The notes under the pieces: generated by a model
What the model was told of the DNA's origin: nothing
Database searches by the model: none
The model's input: only the letters and a program-made list of their open reading frames with translations
Part shown: positions 18,235-28,763 of the stretch, in pieces
Position numbering within the stretch: the stretch's first letter is position 1
How the letters are laid out: each line of letters begins with the position of its first letter
Translations under genes and position numbers: made by a program
Source of the DNA: Escherichia phage ELT1
Sequence record: MZ892903.1
DNA length: 64,000 nucleotides
Direction: 5' to 3' (one strand)

Positions 18235-18836
18235 TTATAGATTAAATCCTTCAAAATCAAGAGTATAGATAGTGTATGTTGAATACTTTTTATACTCATA
18301 TCTATCCGCAATTCTAAATACACTTCCAGCTGGTATCATTACTTCTTGTTCATCTGAAACTAATTCCATATTACGATAACGATGGCTATCTGGAAACTTA
18401 AAACTCGGACTATATTCTTTACAGCGTAGAGCTTTTATAGCATACTCCTGGAAATTAAACACCATAGGAGCTTTGAATTCAAAAATAACTTGTGTGTTAT
18501 ACTCTAAACCGGAAGCAAAATGTAGAGCTATATTTTTATCATATGAAGCTGATACTACTTTATCAAATGTAATAATATCAATTCCTTGATTTAACACCTG
18601 CTTAGTCTCAGCTGGAACACCTCTCCAAAGAGGTTTATCGTTTGGTTCCAAACGAGATTTGATTATTTCATTTAACCAAGTAGGTCATCTGGTTTATTAG
18701 TAATACAATGAATTAAAAGTTCAATTTCAGATAAATTAAATCCTTCAGAAAGTAATTCTTCACGAATAGAAGCACGCACCGATGCATCCATTGATTTTAT
18801 TTTAAAATCTTTTAGTTGCATTACTGAGTATTTCAT
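18235..18836 (-). pseudogene. modA: modA ADP-ribosyltransferase, split by a -1 frameshift near 18681-18686
   Basis: 5' ORF 18672-18836 MKYSVMQLKDFKIK...NKPDDLLG-stop; 3' ORF 18235-18651 carries ART motifs LWRG, SAS, EQEV; frames join to exactly 200 aa if one base is restored. Confidence 0.55.
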
Positions 18837-19456
18837 TCAACTACCTCAATATCATAAACTTTAAATATTCCAAACGAATCGTGTAATTTTTCTTTTGAAA
18901 TAGAAGTTATTCTATACTTTCCAATTGGAATCATCCATTCTTGTTCACGTACAATCATCATTAAGTTATCAGTACGCTCTGAATCTAGCCCATCAGTATC
19001 TTCATACGTGTACTTGAACTCAGTATTAGGAGAAGAAAGTATAATATCGCTGATATGGTCAGAATAATTAAAAGCTTTATCAGTTTTTAAGCGAAATATT
19101 ATTTCAGTGAAATACTCAACATAAGAAAAACCACATGCTGTGAGTAAACTAGTAGTAAATGAATCTACCCTGTTCGTTGAAAACACTTCTCCAACTTGTA
19201 AATCTTTAATAAGTTCTTCTGTTGATTTTGATATACCACGATATAACTGATATGGTGATTTAGTTAAATGCTTTTTAATGATTTTATTCAATTGCCGATG
19301 AAGAGCTTCATTCTTTTTAGCTTCCATACATTGCCAAAGAACAGACTGCTCAAAGTCAGTAAATTTTTCACAGACTTTTTTATACATATCATATTGAAAA
19401 TCAACGCTTTCAGCTTTTATAGATAACTGTTCAACATCTGCAAGATTAATAATCAT
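18833..19456 (-). CDS. modB: ModB ADP-ribosyltransferase, 207 aa
   Basis: ORF trimmed to MIINLADVEQ...; ART motifs LYRG, STN, EQEW. Confidence 0.7.
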   Translation of the reverse strand: MIINLADVEQLSIKAESVDFQYDMYKKVCEKFTDFEQSVLWQCMEAKKNEALHRQLNKIIKKHLTKSPYQLYRGISKSTEELIKDLQVGEVFSTNRVDSFTTSLLTACGFSYVEYFTEIIFRLKTDKAFNYSDHISDIILSSPNTEFKYTYEDTDGLDSERTDNLMMIVREQEWMIPIGKYRITSISKEKLHDSFGIFKVYDIEVVE

Positions 19457-19523
19457 GATAGCCTCCATATACTTCAGAAGCTATCATATCATCGTTAGAA
19501 AGGAAAGTAAACAACTTTTTGAA

Positions 19524-19706
19524 TTATTTTGCCCAGGGAGCCCAAGGCGGAGGGTCAAGATGGTATGAAGCTAGTTCTTCTAGAAGAGCATCTGGGGCTT
19601 CAATTCCATAATTCTGTAATACTATACGGTACTCTTTCTTATAATCACTAGAATCATTCTGGTTATTCGTAGAATGATTATCTTCTAACATCTCAAATAA
19701 ATCCAT
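19524..19706 (-). CDS. hypothetical protein, 60 aa
   Basis: ORF track. Confidence 0.4.
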   Translation of the reverse strand: MDLFEMLEDNHSTNNQNDSSDYKKEYRIVLQNYGIEAPDALLEELASYHLDPPPWAPWAK

Positions 19707-19714
19707 ATTAATTC

Positions 19715-20185
19715 CTAGCGATAAAAACCAAAATGACGATTAGCTTCAGCAATCTTTCTTTCTTCTTCGGACATTCTCCAGCGTAGTCCAACATCAAAAT
19801 GAGCCCAGACCATCCTAACAAATGCATTTATATCTTTAATATCTTCAATAATGAATGTTTTACTTTTAAAAGGCTGACTCGCTAATTTAACTTTATCATC
19901 TTCAAACAGGTCAAAAAGACCATATTCATGAGCTCTTTTATAGCCTTTAATAGTTAAAGCTTCAGAAGAAGAAAACGGTGAATCAGTATTCTGCAAAATA
20001 TCTTCAGTATGCTTTATAATTAGAATAATATTTTCTGGATATTTTCTTTCTTTTATATCTTTAATTAAAATATCCGGATTTTCTGCTAAAGGAATAATTA
20101 ATGAGCAATTTTTGTCAAGAGTATTTACTGATTTACCTTCTTTAGACATAAATTCTATTGAATAATGTTTTGCTACTTCAATCAT
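19715..20185 (-). CDS. hypothetical protein, 156 aa
   Basis: ORF track. Confidence 0.45.
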   Translation of the reverse strand: MIEVAKHYSIEFMSKEGKSVNTLDKNCSLIIPLAENPDILIKDIKERKYPENIILIIKHTEDILQNTDSPFSSSEALTIKGYKRAHEYGLFDLFEDDKVKLASQPFKSKTFIIEDIKDINAFVRMVWAHFDVGLRWRMSEEERKIAEANRHFGFYR

Positions 20186-20330
20186 GCGATTTCCTCTTGC
20201 CTACTAATGGGCCGTCAGGAATTTTGTTTTCCTGGATATATTTCTCATTTTCTTCCATCATTTTACTACCGATTTTAAGAAGCAAATCCAATGCTTCATT
20301 TGCTTTAGCCTTGGCCTCTTCTAACGTCAT
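20178..20330 (-). CDS. hypothetical protein, 50 aa
   Basis: own translation [30 protein letters not shown]... Confidence 0.3.
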   Translation of the reverse strand: MTLEEAKAKANEALDLLLKIGSKMMEENEKYIQENKIPDGPLVGKRKSHD

Positions 20331-20338
20331 ATCTCTGT

Positions 20339-20542
20339 TCACGATTTATCCCCATAGATGTCTCTCATCAATTTAAGCGCTGAGCGTTCTAATTTCTTTT
20401 CTTTCTCAGCACTAATCATTGATTTCATCCATTCTTCTGATTCGTTCTGCATTTCTTTATTTGCTTGTTCAACCCAGCCATCATCAATATACATTGAGTT
20501 TGGTCTATTGAACCATTCAAACATTTTCTTCAGAACTTTCAT
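20339..20542 (-). CDS. hypothetical protein, 67 aa
   Basis: ORF track. Confidence 0.4.
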   Translation of the reverse strand: MKVLKKMFEWFNRPNSMYIDDGWVEQANKEMQNESEEWMKSMISAEKEKKLERSALKLMRDIYGDKS

Positions 20543-21014
20543 TTGTTTTACCTAAAACAACAGTAGGAGCATCATCAAATTCATGAATTTTTAGCAAATT
20601 TGGATGTAAACTATTCCATACAGAAGAAATAAAGTATGATAACGCATCTTCACTCGCAATTATAAATTTGTTTCCTTTGTCTATTTTCCAGTTATATACT
20701 GAATCGTACGAATAAAAAGATAAAGGCTTATCATTATATTGTTCTGCGCTAACATTAATGTATTCGGATTTAGTAAATGCTTCAATTGCTCTAAATGGAA
20801 TATTTGGTACAGTTTCAATAATTCCGATCTTTTTAAGTTTTATTTCAGCATCTTCTGGAACTGGCATTGAAACAAAATTTTCTACGAGATACATTGGGTC
20901 ACAATAACCCTTATCAATCATTACTGCTACGGTAATTGGAACGTCTTTAGCAAACGACATACTATTACTACTAATATACATTTCAAACAAAATCGCTTCC
21001 ATAATTTTCCTCAA
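20517..21014 (-). CDS. hypothetical protein, 165 aa
   Basis: ORF track. Confidence 0.45.
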   Translation of the reverse strand: MRKIMEAILFEMYISSNSMSFAKDVPITVAVMIDKGYCDPMYLVENFVSMPVPEDAEIKLKKIGIIETVPNIPFRAIEAFTKSEYINVSAEQYNDKPLSFYSYDSVYNWKIDKGNKFIIASEDALSYFISSVWNSLHPNLLKIHEFDDAPTVVLGKTNESSEENV

Positions 21015-21352
21015 TCACAAGATGTAGATGAACAACTAGAATCACAAGAACTTCCACACGAATCGCCCGTCCATACATGAACAGGAACATTAGTGTCATA
21101 TGAATCAGAACTAGACTGTGTATTCTGTGTATTAGATGATGCAGTAGGTGTTGACCAGCGCCAAGGATTTTTATAATATTCTTGGGCTTCTTCATAAGTC
21201 ATAGTAACTGCTTCTACTGTTCCATCTCCCATATAAACATATTCAACTACAGTTAAAGGAAGGTAGTCGTTTGAAATAGGAACTACACCTTCTCCAGGAG
21301 CTGTAGAGAAAAAATCCGTAAAGAAACTTTTAAACCAATTAAAGATAAACAT
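21011..21352 (-). CDS. hypothetical protein, 113 aa, hydrophobic N-terminus and Cys/Ser-rich tail
   Basis: C-terminus [18 protein letters not shown]. Confidence 0.45.
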   Translation of the reverse strand: MFIFNWFKSFFTDFFSTAPGEGVVPISNDYLPLTVVEYVYMGDGTVEAVTMTYEEAQEYYKNPWRWSTPTASSNTQNTQSSSDSYDTNVPVHVWTGDSCGSSCDSSCSSTSCD

Positions 21353-21557
21353 TACAAAAAGCCTCTCTTAAATTCAACTTGCTTTTCGCCATAATCATAT
21401 CGAATCTCTGCATTAAATTCGACAGAACCATCTGCGTACATCATAAATGAATGCACAACAACTTCTGTAGACCATGGCTGTAGTTCATATTTTTCATTAC
21501 GTGTCGTGAAATGATAATATCTAAATCTTCATTCGGTTTAATCCAACGATTTAACAT
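21352..21557 (-). pseudogene. small gene in two frames (apparent -1 frameshift), ~68 codons if repaired
   Basis: ATG 21555-21557 with GAGGAG RBS gives 38 aa MLNRWIKPNEDLDIIISRH...; overlapping frame continues ...EKYELQPWSTEVVVHSFMMYADGSVEF... with no start. Confidence 0.3.
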
Positions 21558-21583
21558 AGCGCTCTCCTCTATAAGATAATTCT

Positions 21584-21614
21584 ATTATACCATACTCATT
21601 TTGGAAAGTAAACC
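21584..21614 (-). promoter_or_regulatory. T4-type early promoter
   Basis: GTTTAC (revcomp) 21608-21613, -10 TATTATACCAT 21584-21594. Confidence 0.45.
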
Positions 21615-21627
21615 ATTTAAATGAAAA

Positions 21628-21650
21628 AAGGACTCCCGAAGGAGTCCTTG
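21628..21650 (-). terminator. intrinsic terminator 3' of soc
   Basis: GGACTCC-CGAA-GGAGTCC flanked by A/T runs. Confidence 0.55.
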
Positions 21651-21655
21651 AATTA

Positions 21656-21901
21656 TTAACCACCAGTTACTTTCCACAAATCTTCGTTTGCAGCAATCCA
21701 TTCAGTACGCTGATTTTCTTCATATACAGTAGTATATGCTGCTTTTTCTGAAGGGAACGTCTGGTAATGAGCACCAGAAATTTTGTGAACGTCAGAATAA
21801 AGAGGGAAAGCTACTGAAATTTCCTTTCCTTCAATTTTCTTATTTCCATCTAATTTCTGCTCAAATGTTTTGATATTAACATAACCGCGAGTACTAGCCA
21901 T
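21656..21901 (-). CDS. soc: small outer capsid protein Soc, 81 aa
   Basis: matches recalled T4 Soc; AAGGAG RBS. Confidence 0.9.
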   Translation of the reverse strand: MASTRGYVNIKTFEQKLDGNKKIEGKEISVAFPLYSDVHKISGAHYQTFPSEKAAYTTVYEENQRTEWIAANEDLWKVTGG

Positions 21902-21931
21902 GTAATTCTCCTTTTATTTAAATTACATGAT

Positions 21932-21939
21932 TATTTATA
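21932..21939 (-). promoter_or_regulatory. late promoter TATAAATA upstream of soc
   Basis: exact TATAAATA on minus strand ~30 nt upstream of soc ATG. Confidence 0.5.
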
Positions 21940-21969
21940 ATAAATTCTCGCGGCTTTTAAGACGAGCTG

Positions 21970-22488
21970 TTAATAACCTCGGTCTTGACGAGCGAAATTT
22001 TCAGCATTTTTCAGATAATAAAGTTTAAAGATTTCTTCAGCCGTAAGACCGAGGCCTTGGAACATGTTCAGAACGAAATGAAGAATATCAATCATTTCGA
22101 ATTTAATTTCCAACTGGTCTTGTGGAGACAAATCAGTAATCAGAGTTTCACGTCGTTCACCATGTTGAGCTTTCCAAGGCTTCCATACAGCAGATGCATC
22201 TTTTTCACCATTGCTCATACCACCAAGAGAAGTCAGAAGTTCGCGGAATTCATCATCAATATAGTCTTTCTGATTGCGCAGCCAATCAACAACTTCACCT
22301 GCGGTAGCCAAATCATCAGGATGACGGTTATATTCAGGTTTATCTTTAGCTAAACGAATCTGCAGAGATTTCTGCATGTCAAGCATTACCTGCAGCGGGT
22401 CTTTTTCATCACCAAGAATATCCCAGTATTCATTTTGAGCTTTATCCGCGCCTTCAATCAGTTGACTACATTCGTTGAAATGTGGCAT
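21970..22488 (-). CDS. 56: dCTPase/dUTPase (MazG-like), 172 aa
   Basis: matches recalled T4 gp56. Confidence 0.85.
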   Translation of the reverse strand: MPHFNECSQLIEGADKAQNEYWDILGDEKDPLQVMLDMQKSLQIRLAKDKPEYNRHPDDLATAGEVVDWLRNQKDYIDDEFRELLTSLGGMSNGEKDASAVWKPWKAQHGERRETLITDLSPQDQLEIKFEMIDILHFVLNMFQGLGLTAEEIFKLYYLKNAENFARQDRGY

Positions 22489-22489
22489 G

Positions 22490-23140
22490 TTATTTTTCCT
22501 TTCTTATGAAGTTTTCTATCATATGTCTATAGCAGATATTAGGATAACCTGCCTTGACAGCTATTTTATTAAATTTTGTGCGCTTAGGTCTATTATTATA
22601 AACCCATAATTCATAAAGCGCATCATAACTATTCCATATTTCCCCTCGCCTAGGATTTGGTAAACCATATCGAGGCGAATTTTTACCGCTAAATCTTCCT
22701 TTTCGGGCTTTACTCATATTAGCCTTGGCTTCATCGGATATAATTTTACCTTTATGAGCTAGACGCATTTTGGCTTTAGTTTCTTCTGGAGTCTTTTTGC
22801 CTTTAATCCATGACGGCTTGCCATATCTAGGATTATTTTCACCCGAGAAAAGAACAGAGTTTTGGATTTTAAGGGTTTCTATTAATCTACTTGTTAATTT
22901 AACACCTTTATTATATCGCATTAAATTTACAGCATAATGCAATCCTCTCACATCTGGATATATTTTAGTTAATAATCTATGAGCTATAAAATGCTCACGC
23001 GCAGTTAACTCAACAAGATTGTTTTTGTCATCTGCTCCTCCCATACATCTAGGAATTATATGATGGCGTTCTTTATATCCATCAAGATGCCGGCATTTAG
23101 CTTTTGTAATTAAAGCCGAGTAAATTTTTTGGTAATTCAC
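22490..23140 (-). CDS. HNH homing endonuclease, 216 aa, GTG start
   Basis: N-terminus MNYQKIY... and HHIIPRCMGGADDKNNLVELTAREHFIAH; free-standing between 56 and dam. Confidence 0.75.
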   Translation of the reverse strand: MNYQKIYSALITKAKCRHLDGYKERHHIIPRCMGGADDKNNLVELTAREHFIAHRLLTKIYPDVRGLHYAVNLMRYNKGVKLTSRLIETLKIQNSVLFSGENNPRYGKPSWIKGKKTPEETKAKMRLAHKGKIISDEAKANMSKARKGRFSGKNSPRYGLPNPRRGEIWNSYDALYELWVYNNRPKRTKFNKIAVKAGYPNICYRHMIENFIRKEK

Positions 23141-23199
23141 ATATATCCTTTCAATTCATTAATAAGTTAAATAATTATATCATTTGAATATGTAAGCAA

Positions 23200-23988
<789 letters not shown>

Positions 23989-24089
23989 TCATTTATTGCA
24001 GCAAAAATGAATTATACAGTTCTTCATCATATGTATTTGATAGTAATACTAATACGTTTTGCGATAAATATTAATTTAAAGGAGGACAT

Positions 24090-24290
24090 ATGGTACAAAA
24101 ATTAATGGCACTTGTTAATGCCATCAAAGGTAATAAAAAGCGTATAGCTTTTACTATTTCTGCTACGGTAGGAATTTTACTCTGGAACTTTATTTTATCA
24201 CCTGTTGCTATTGCTCATGGCGTTAGTATTCCAGTAGTTACTCTTGATACATTCGTAGATTTAGCATTTGCTTTAGTTGGGTTAATTTAA
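24090..24290 (+). CDS. small membrane protein, 66 aa, plus strand
   Basis: strong RBS AAGGAGG 6 nt before ATG; hydrophobic product; only convincing plus-strand gene, convergent with gene 61. Confidence 0.5.
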   Translation: MVQKLMALVNAIKGNKKRIAFTISATVGILLWNFILSPVAIAHGVSIPVVTLDTFVDLAFALVGLI

Positions 24291-25315
24291 ATCTTAGCAT
24301 ATTTAGATAACCGCATTTTAGCCATCAACCCCTGTGCAATATTATTTTTCATATATTCCATAATTTGTTCAGGGGTTGCACCTTCCTTTCTAATCATATC
24401 ATTAACATCTTTTGATTTCCAGGGAGATTTATCCCAAAACATAACCCTTTCTCCTGCATCAACTAATTTAGTCATTCGTTTGATAGTGTCAGGATGACGA
24501 GGTTCATTATCTAAAACCCACACTCGTCTATCTTTAAATGGAACAACTTCTAGGTCTAATTGACCACCCGTAATAGCTATACCATTTTCAATAAAAAGTG
24601 AATCTATAGGTCCTTCTAGAACATATACATCACCATCTTTAACCCGTTCGACTCCATAGATTTTTGTTGCCTCAGGATAAGCTTTGATGGTGATATATTT
24701 TTGAGGAGCATCTTTCTTTAATGCACGTCCTTGAAAAGACTCAGCTTTTCCATTAGCATTATAAATTGGAATAACAAGACGAGGCTCAGAAATTTCCTTT
24801 TTATATGTTCCCGGTGCTATGCTATTAACCAATTTAGGCCATTCAGTTGTAAACCAAAGATATTTCCATTTATCCTTTGGAATACAACGAGCTTTTACAT
24901 ATTTTATAATTGGATGGTCTTCCGCCAGTTTATCTAATCTAACACATGACGGAAGAGATTTAATTATTTTCTTCTCAGGTTGTTTAGGAAGTTCTTTAGG
25001 TTTTTCTACTGGACGACTTTTACCTTTTTCTTTTCTTATTTCAAAGATATACTCACGATATAAATCGGGTTCAAACTCCTTTAAATATATTCCGATTGGT
25101 GCATGATAGTTACAGTTATAACAATGAATATTTCCTTCATTATTATCACCATAATACCATCCACGGGCTTTATTTTGGTCGGTTTTTGAATCTCCACACA
25201 CTGGGCATCTAAACCGCAATTTAAAAGTTGAACTATTATTTACTTGTGTGAATTTAGGTAAATGAGCTAATGCACGGTATGCAAACTCATTATCAATCCA
25301 AGGTATTGATGACAT
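24287..25315 (-). CDS. 61: DNA primase, 342 aa
   Basis: zinc-finger CPVCGDSK...CYNC; matches recalled T4 gp61. Confidence 0.95.
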   Translation of the reverse strand: MSSIPWIDNEFAYRALAHLPKFTQVNNSSTFKLRFRCPVCGDSKTDQNKARGWYYGDNNEGNIHCYNCNYHAPIGIYLKEFEPDLYREYIFEIRKEKGKSRPVEKPKELPKQPEKKIIKSLPSCVRLDKLAEDHPIIKYVKARCIPKDKWKYLWFTTEWPKLVNSIAPGTYKKEISEPRLVIPIYNANGKAESFQGRALKKDAPQKYITIKAYPEATKIYGVERVKDGDVYVLEGPIDSLFIENGIAITGGQLDLEVVPFKDRRVWVLDNEPRHPDTIKRMTKLVDAGERVMFWDKSPWKSKDVNDMIRKEGATPEQIMEYMKNNIAQGLMAKMRLSKYAKI

Positions 25316-25317
25316 TT

Positions 25318-25482
25318 TTACTCTTCTTTTTCTTTAGATTCCTCTTTTTTCTTTTTAGGAATCTGTTCAGGACCTTTATTTACTACAGCACCTGATGTTG
25401 TTCCAGTAGAGATATTTTCAGGATTACCACCTGAATCTCCAGCGACCATATCTTCTTTGATAAATTCTTTAAATGTTTTCAT
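25318..25482 (-). CDS. hypothetical protein, 54 aa
   Basis: own translation MKTFKEFIKEDMVAGDSGGNPENISTG...; GAGG RBS. Confidence 0.4.
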   Translation of the reverse strand: MKTFKEFIKEDMVAGDSGGNPENISTGTTSGAVVNKGPEQIPKKKKEESKEKEE

Positions 25483-25483
25483 A

Positions 25484-26110
25484 TTAACCTCTATTCATAA
25501 AAGCATTAAAAATTTGGTCATCAATAGAAACATTTACTTTAGACTGTTTTTCGGATGGTAATTCATATCCACATATTACAATTTTGTGATCAATATCAAA
25601 ATACACAGAAGCAATATGATTAATGCTGTTTTCAGTAAAGTCTAAATCAACATCAATATCTTTTTGACCAAAGCCCAAAGGATAAATAATGCGAGTAATT
25701 CGATTATCTTTAACAAAGATTCCACCGACATACTCTGTACTGCGTTTAAAGTCTACACGCCGACGAAATGAAAAATATTCAGGCTCTTTATGAGCTCGGC
25801 TTATAGGGCACAACGAATAACTAGAATAAGAGATGTCAAATCCTACGCCTTCAATATGAACTAAATTGTCATGATTAAACCAATTATAATCATATGCCAA
25901 GTCCATTAGATTGTCATATGTGAAAGGCACCGGATTAACATCATTGGTCACAAGCATATAATTAGCAACTGCTATAATTTCATTATTTTTAACGAATACA
26001 AACCGTGATTGATGCGAATGGCCTGGACCTGCGTTTTCACGATTAATGATATAACACTGGGCACCTTTATATTTGTACGTGTCTTTACACTTGTGCATTT
26101 GATAAAGCAT
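25484..26110 (-). CDS. hypothetical protein, 208 aa
   Basis: ORF track. Confidence 0.5.
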   Translation of the reverse strand: MLYQMHKCKDTYKYKGAQCYIINRENAGPGHSHQSRFVFVKNNEIIAVANYMLVTNDVNPVPFTYDNLMDLAYDYNWFNHDNLVHIEGVGFDISYSSYSLCPISRAHKEPEYFSFRRRVDFKRSTEYVGGIFVKDNRITRIIYPLGFGQKDIDVDLDFTENSINHIASVYFDIDHKIVICGYELPSEKQSKVNVSIDDQIFNAFMNRG

Positions 26111-26403
26111 TATTCACCTACCACTTCAGCGATGATATTTTTATTATTAAAGTTTTTATCGCAATACAGAACATAATTATACTGCATTACACCACCAGAC
26201 TTAAGTTGTTTTTGCACTTCAGCTTTCATTTCAGGACGATCGCGCTCAACGATATTCATAATATCTGCTTCAATCTGAGTTTCAACCTCAGTCTGATCTG
26301 CAGTCATAGACCATTCACACAAATCTTTATCATATCCTGCCATAGCAGGCTGAGCAGCACAAGAAGCCAAAGTAAAAATTGTAGCAAAAATAAATTTTTT
26401 CAT
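26110..26403 (-). CDS. sp: Spackle-like periplasmic protein, 97 aa
   Basis: signal peptide MKKFIFATIFTLASCAAQPAMA; length and position as T4 sp. Confidence 0.7.
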   Translation of the reverse strand: MKKFIFATIFTLASCAAQPAMAGYDKDLCEWSMTADQTEVETQIEADIMNIVERDRPEMKAEVQKQLKSGGVMQYNYVLYCDKNFNNKNIIAEVVGE

Positions 26404-26463
26404 GATAATCTCCTCAGTAGTTTATGTTTATATAGTATCTCAATTTCCAACAAAAGTAAACAG

Positions 26464-26721
26464 CTATTTTAAAACTTCTGCGTAATCACATGTTACAAAC
26501 TGTTTCTCTAGCTTAACGATTTTACGAAAATACCTTTTATACTGACGAATCTGCCTCTTCGTAGGACGTACAGCAAACTTAATAAATTCCACTCGACCAA
26601 ATGGAGGACTTTCTTCTGCTGGAATATCTAACACCAATTCCCACGTATCTGCAATAAGTGCTTTGAATTGAGTATTTTTCCTGACGTTATACGGAGTAGG
26701 TTTAAATAAAACAATATGCAT
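26464..26721 (-). CDS. hypothetical protein, ~85 aa
   Basis: ORF 26464-26763 trimmed to an internal Met to avoid overlap with dmd. Confidence 0.4.
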   Translation of the reverse strand: MHIVLFKPTPYNVRKNTQFKALIADTWELVLDIPAEESPPFGRVEFIKFAVRPTKRQIRQYKRYFRKIVKLEKQFVTCDYAEVLK

Positions 26722-26722
26722 A

Positions 26723-26905
26723 TTATCCTCGGCAATCCACTTCGCACACTTTCTTGTCATCAATGAAAGCTTTAACTAATGCTTTATTAACTTCAGCATA
26801 TTGAGTAGTAGCCCATTGAACGTCATCTTTCATCATTGTGATTTCTTTAATAAACATGCTTTCATTCTTAAACCATCCCATAAAAACTACCTTTACCAAT
26901 TCCAT
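26723..26905 (-). CDS. dmd: Dmd-like protein (discriminator of mRNA degradation), 60 aa
   Basis: 60-aa ORF MELVKVVFMGWFKNESMF...; length and position as T4 dmd. Confidence 0.65.
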   Translation of the reverse strand: MELVKVVFMGWFKNESMFIKEITMMKDDVQWATTQYAEVNKALVKAFIDDKKVCEVDCRG

Positions 26906-26929
26906 AACAATCTCCTCATTTAACCAACA

Positions 26930-26966
26930 AGACTACTATACCATAGTCTTGTCAGCTTGTAAACTA
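26930..26966 (-). promoter_or_regulatory. T4-type early promoter
   Basis: -10 CTACTATACCAT 26933-26944 and GTTTAC-like -35 near 26959-26964. Confidence 0.4.
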
Positions 26967-28391
26967 AAATTTTAATTCGTTTGCTAAAGCATCTAACTGG
27001 GCTCGAGTAGATTCATTTCTTTGATAGCGATTCTGTTCAGCCTGAATCTGCTGTGAACCTGCTACTTCGTTAACTTCAGTTGGAGTAGAATCTTGTTCAA
27101 TTTCTACCCATTTCTGATTTCCTTTTTGAACACCCATCAAAAACTTATTCCATTTATTCTTATCACCGTATCGTGATTTGATTTGCTTAATGAGTTGTTG
27201 TTCAGCAGCTGCTAACTCCTCGGTTTCAATGACCGCAAGCATAAAATCGGCTGTTGCTGGAAGACCGGCGGATTCTGCAATATCGCTCATGTTAACATCA
27301 GAAGAATCCCAAGCTTGTTTACCAACCTGTGCTGCAGTCCAAAGAACAGTTTCGGTTTCAACAGCCAGAGCACGCAATTCCTCTGCAATGGCTTTAACAG
27401 TTGTGTAACTATTTTCTGAGTAAACTCTGATGCGGCAAGATTTACAAATACCTAGATAGTCAACAATAATGATTGTTGGAACAAAATTCTTCTTGAGCTT
27501 TAATTCGTTTAAAAGTGATCGAAATGTATTAGCGTCTGCTCCACCAGTAGGATATTGCTTAACGATTAAACGACCGAGAGTAGATTTCTCACGCCATTTT
27601 TCCATTTTTCCTTTATATTCAGCGTAAGAAATATGCCCATCATCAATGTCATCAAGAGAAACGTCAAGCATATTAGCATCAATACGTTTAGCACAGACTT
27701 CTTCTGCCATTTCCATGGAAATGTAAAGAACATTATGTCCGAGCTGCAAATAATCTGCTGCCAATGAACACAGACCTAATGACTTACCAACGTTAACACC
27801 AGCCATTAAAACGTTCAGTGTTCCAGTTTCAGCTCCGCCTTTAGTAATTTTATTTAGAATTTTGAGTTTAAATGGAACCTTACGAGCTTTATTCATATAA
27901 GATAGCCAACGTGCTTCATAGTCATCCATCCAATCATGACCAACGTAACTATCAAATGAAATTGATAATGCTTGGCGCATGATGTCAGGAATAGCACCAA
28001 CATCCGGCATTTTCTTATTTCGTTTTTCCGGAGGAAGCTCAGCATTAGTTTGAATTTCAATTATTTTAGACGTAGCATTAAACATCGCCCTTTGCTGAAC
28101 ATATTTTTCTGTTTCTTTTACTAACCAGCTGTGGTCTTCCGGAGAATCAGCCAGTTTTGAAATAAGTGTTTTTACACCAGAATATTCTGTTTCAGTAAAT
28201 GAACTATTTTCTAATGCAACATTTAACGCATTAATAGATGGAACACTATGATACTCATTGACATGAGATTTAATTAATTTGAATGTATTTTTAGCTGGAC
28301 CACTTTCAAAATATTCTGAATCCATATATGGCCAAACTTTTGAAAAATAAGCTTGATCAAATATGAGATGGGAAAGAATAATTTCTACCAC
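26964..28391 (-). CDS. 41: replicative DNA helicase (DnaB-like), 475 aa
   Basis: Walker A GVNVGKS; matches recalled T4 gp41. Confidence 0.95.
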   Translation of the reverse strand: MVEIILSHLIFDQAYFSKVWPYMDSEYFESGPAKNTFKLIKSHVNEYHSVPSINALNVALENSSFTETEYSGVKTLISKLADSPEDHSWLVKETEKYVQQRAMFNATSKIIEIQTNAELPPEKRNKKMPDVGAIPDIMRQALSISFDSYVGHDWMDDYEARWLSYMNKARKVPFKLKILNKITKGGAETGTLNVLMAGVNVGKSLGLCSLAADYLQLGHNVLYISMEMAEEVCAKRIDANMLDVSLDDIDDGHISYAEYKGKMEKWREKSTLGRLIVKQYPTGGADANTFRSLLNELKLKKNFVPTIIIVDYLGICKSCRIRVYSENSYTTVKAIAEELRALAVETETVLWTAAQVGKQAWDSSDVNMSDIAESAGLPATADFMLAVIETEELAAAEQQLIKQIKSRYGDKNKWNKFLMGVQKGNQKWVEIEQDSTPTEVNEVAGSQQIQAEQNRYQRNESTRAQLDALANELKF

Positions 28392-28400
28392 ACTTACTCC

Positions 28401-28763
28401 TTAAAAGAATTTAAACTTTTTCTTTGACCTTTTATTGAATGCATCTTGTAGTTGCATTGTAATACATTTTTCTACATGAGGAGCTAACTCAGCTTTTCTT
28501 TCTTGGTCAAGAACAGCAAAGTCCATTACAACCTTTCCATCAACCCAATCTAATTTTGTCACATACACAATGTGTGTAGAACCATCTTCTAGTTTAATGA
28601 CAATCTCCTGGATAACATTTTCCATGGCAGATTTAATTATCTTAAGAGACTCATTAAAAAGACGTTCTTTTCTTTCTTCTTCCCCCTCCGAAGAGGGGGA
28701 TTCATCGATAATTTCTAGATCTAAGTCTAAATCATCTTTATTCATTAAATTCTTCCATATCAC
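28401..28763 (-). CDS. 40: gp40-like head vertex assembly protein, 120 aa
   Basis: length and position between uvsX and 41. Confidence 0.6.
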   Translation of the reverse strand: MIWKNLMNKDDLDLDLEIIDESPSSEGEEERKERLFNESLKIIKSAMENVIQEIVIKLEDGSTHIVYVTKLDWVDGKVVMDFAVLDQERKAELAPHVEKCITMQLQDAFNKRSKKKFKFF

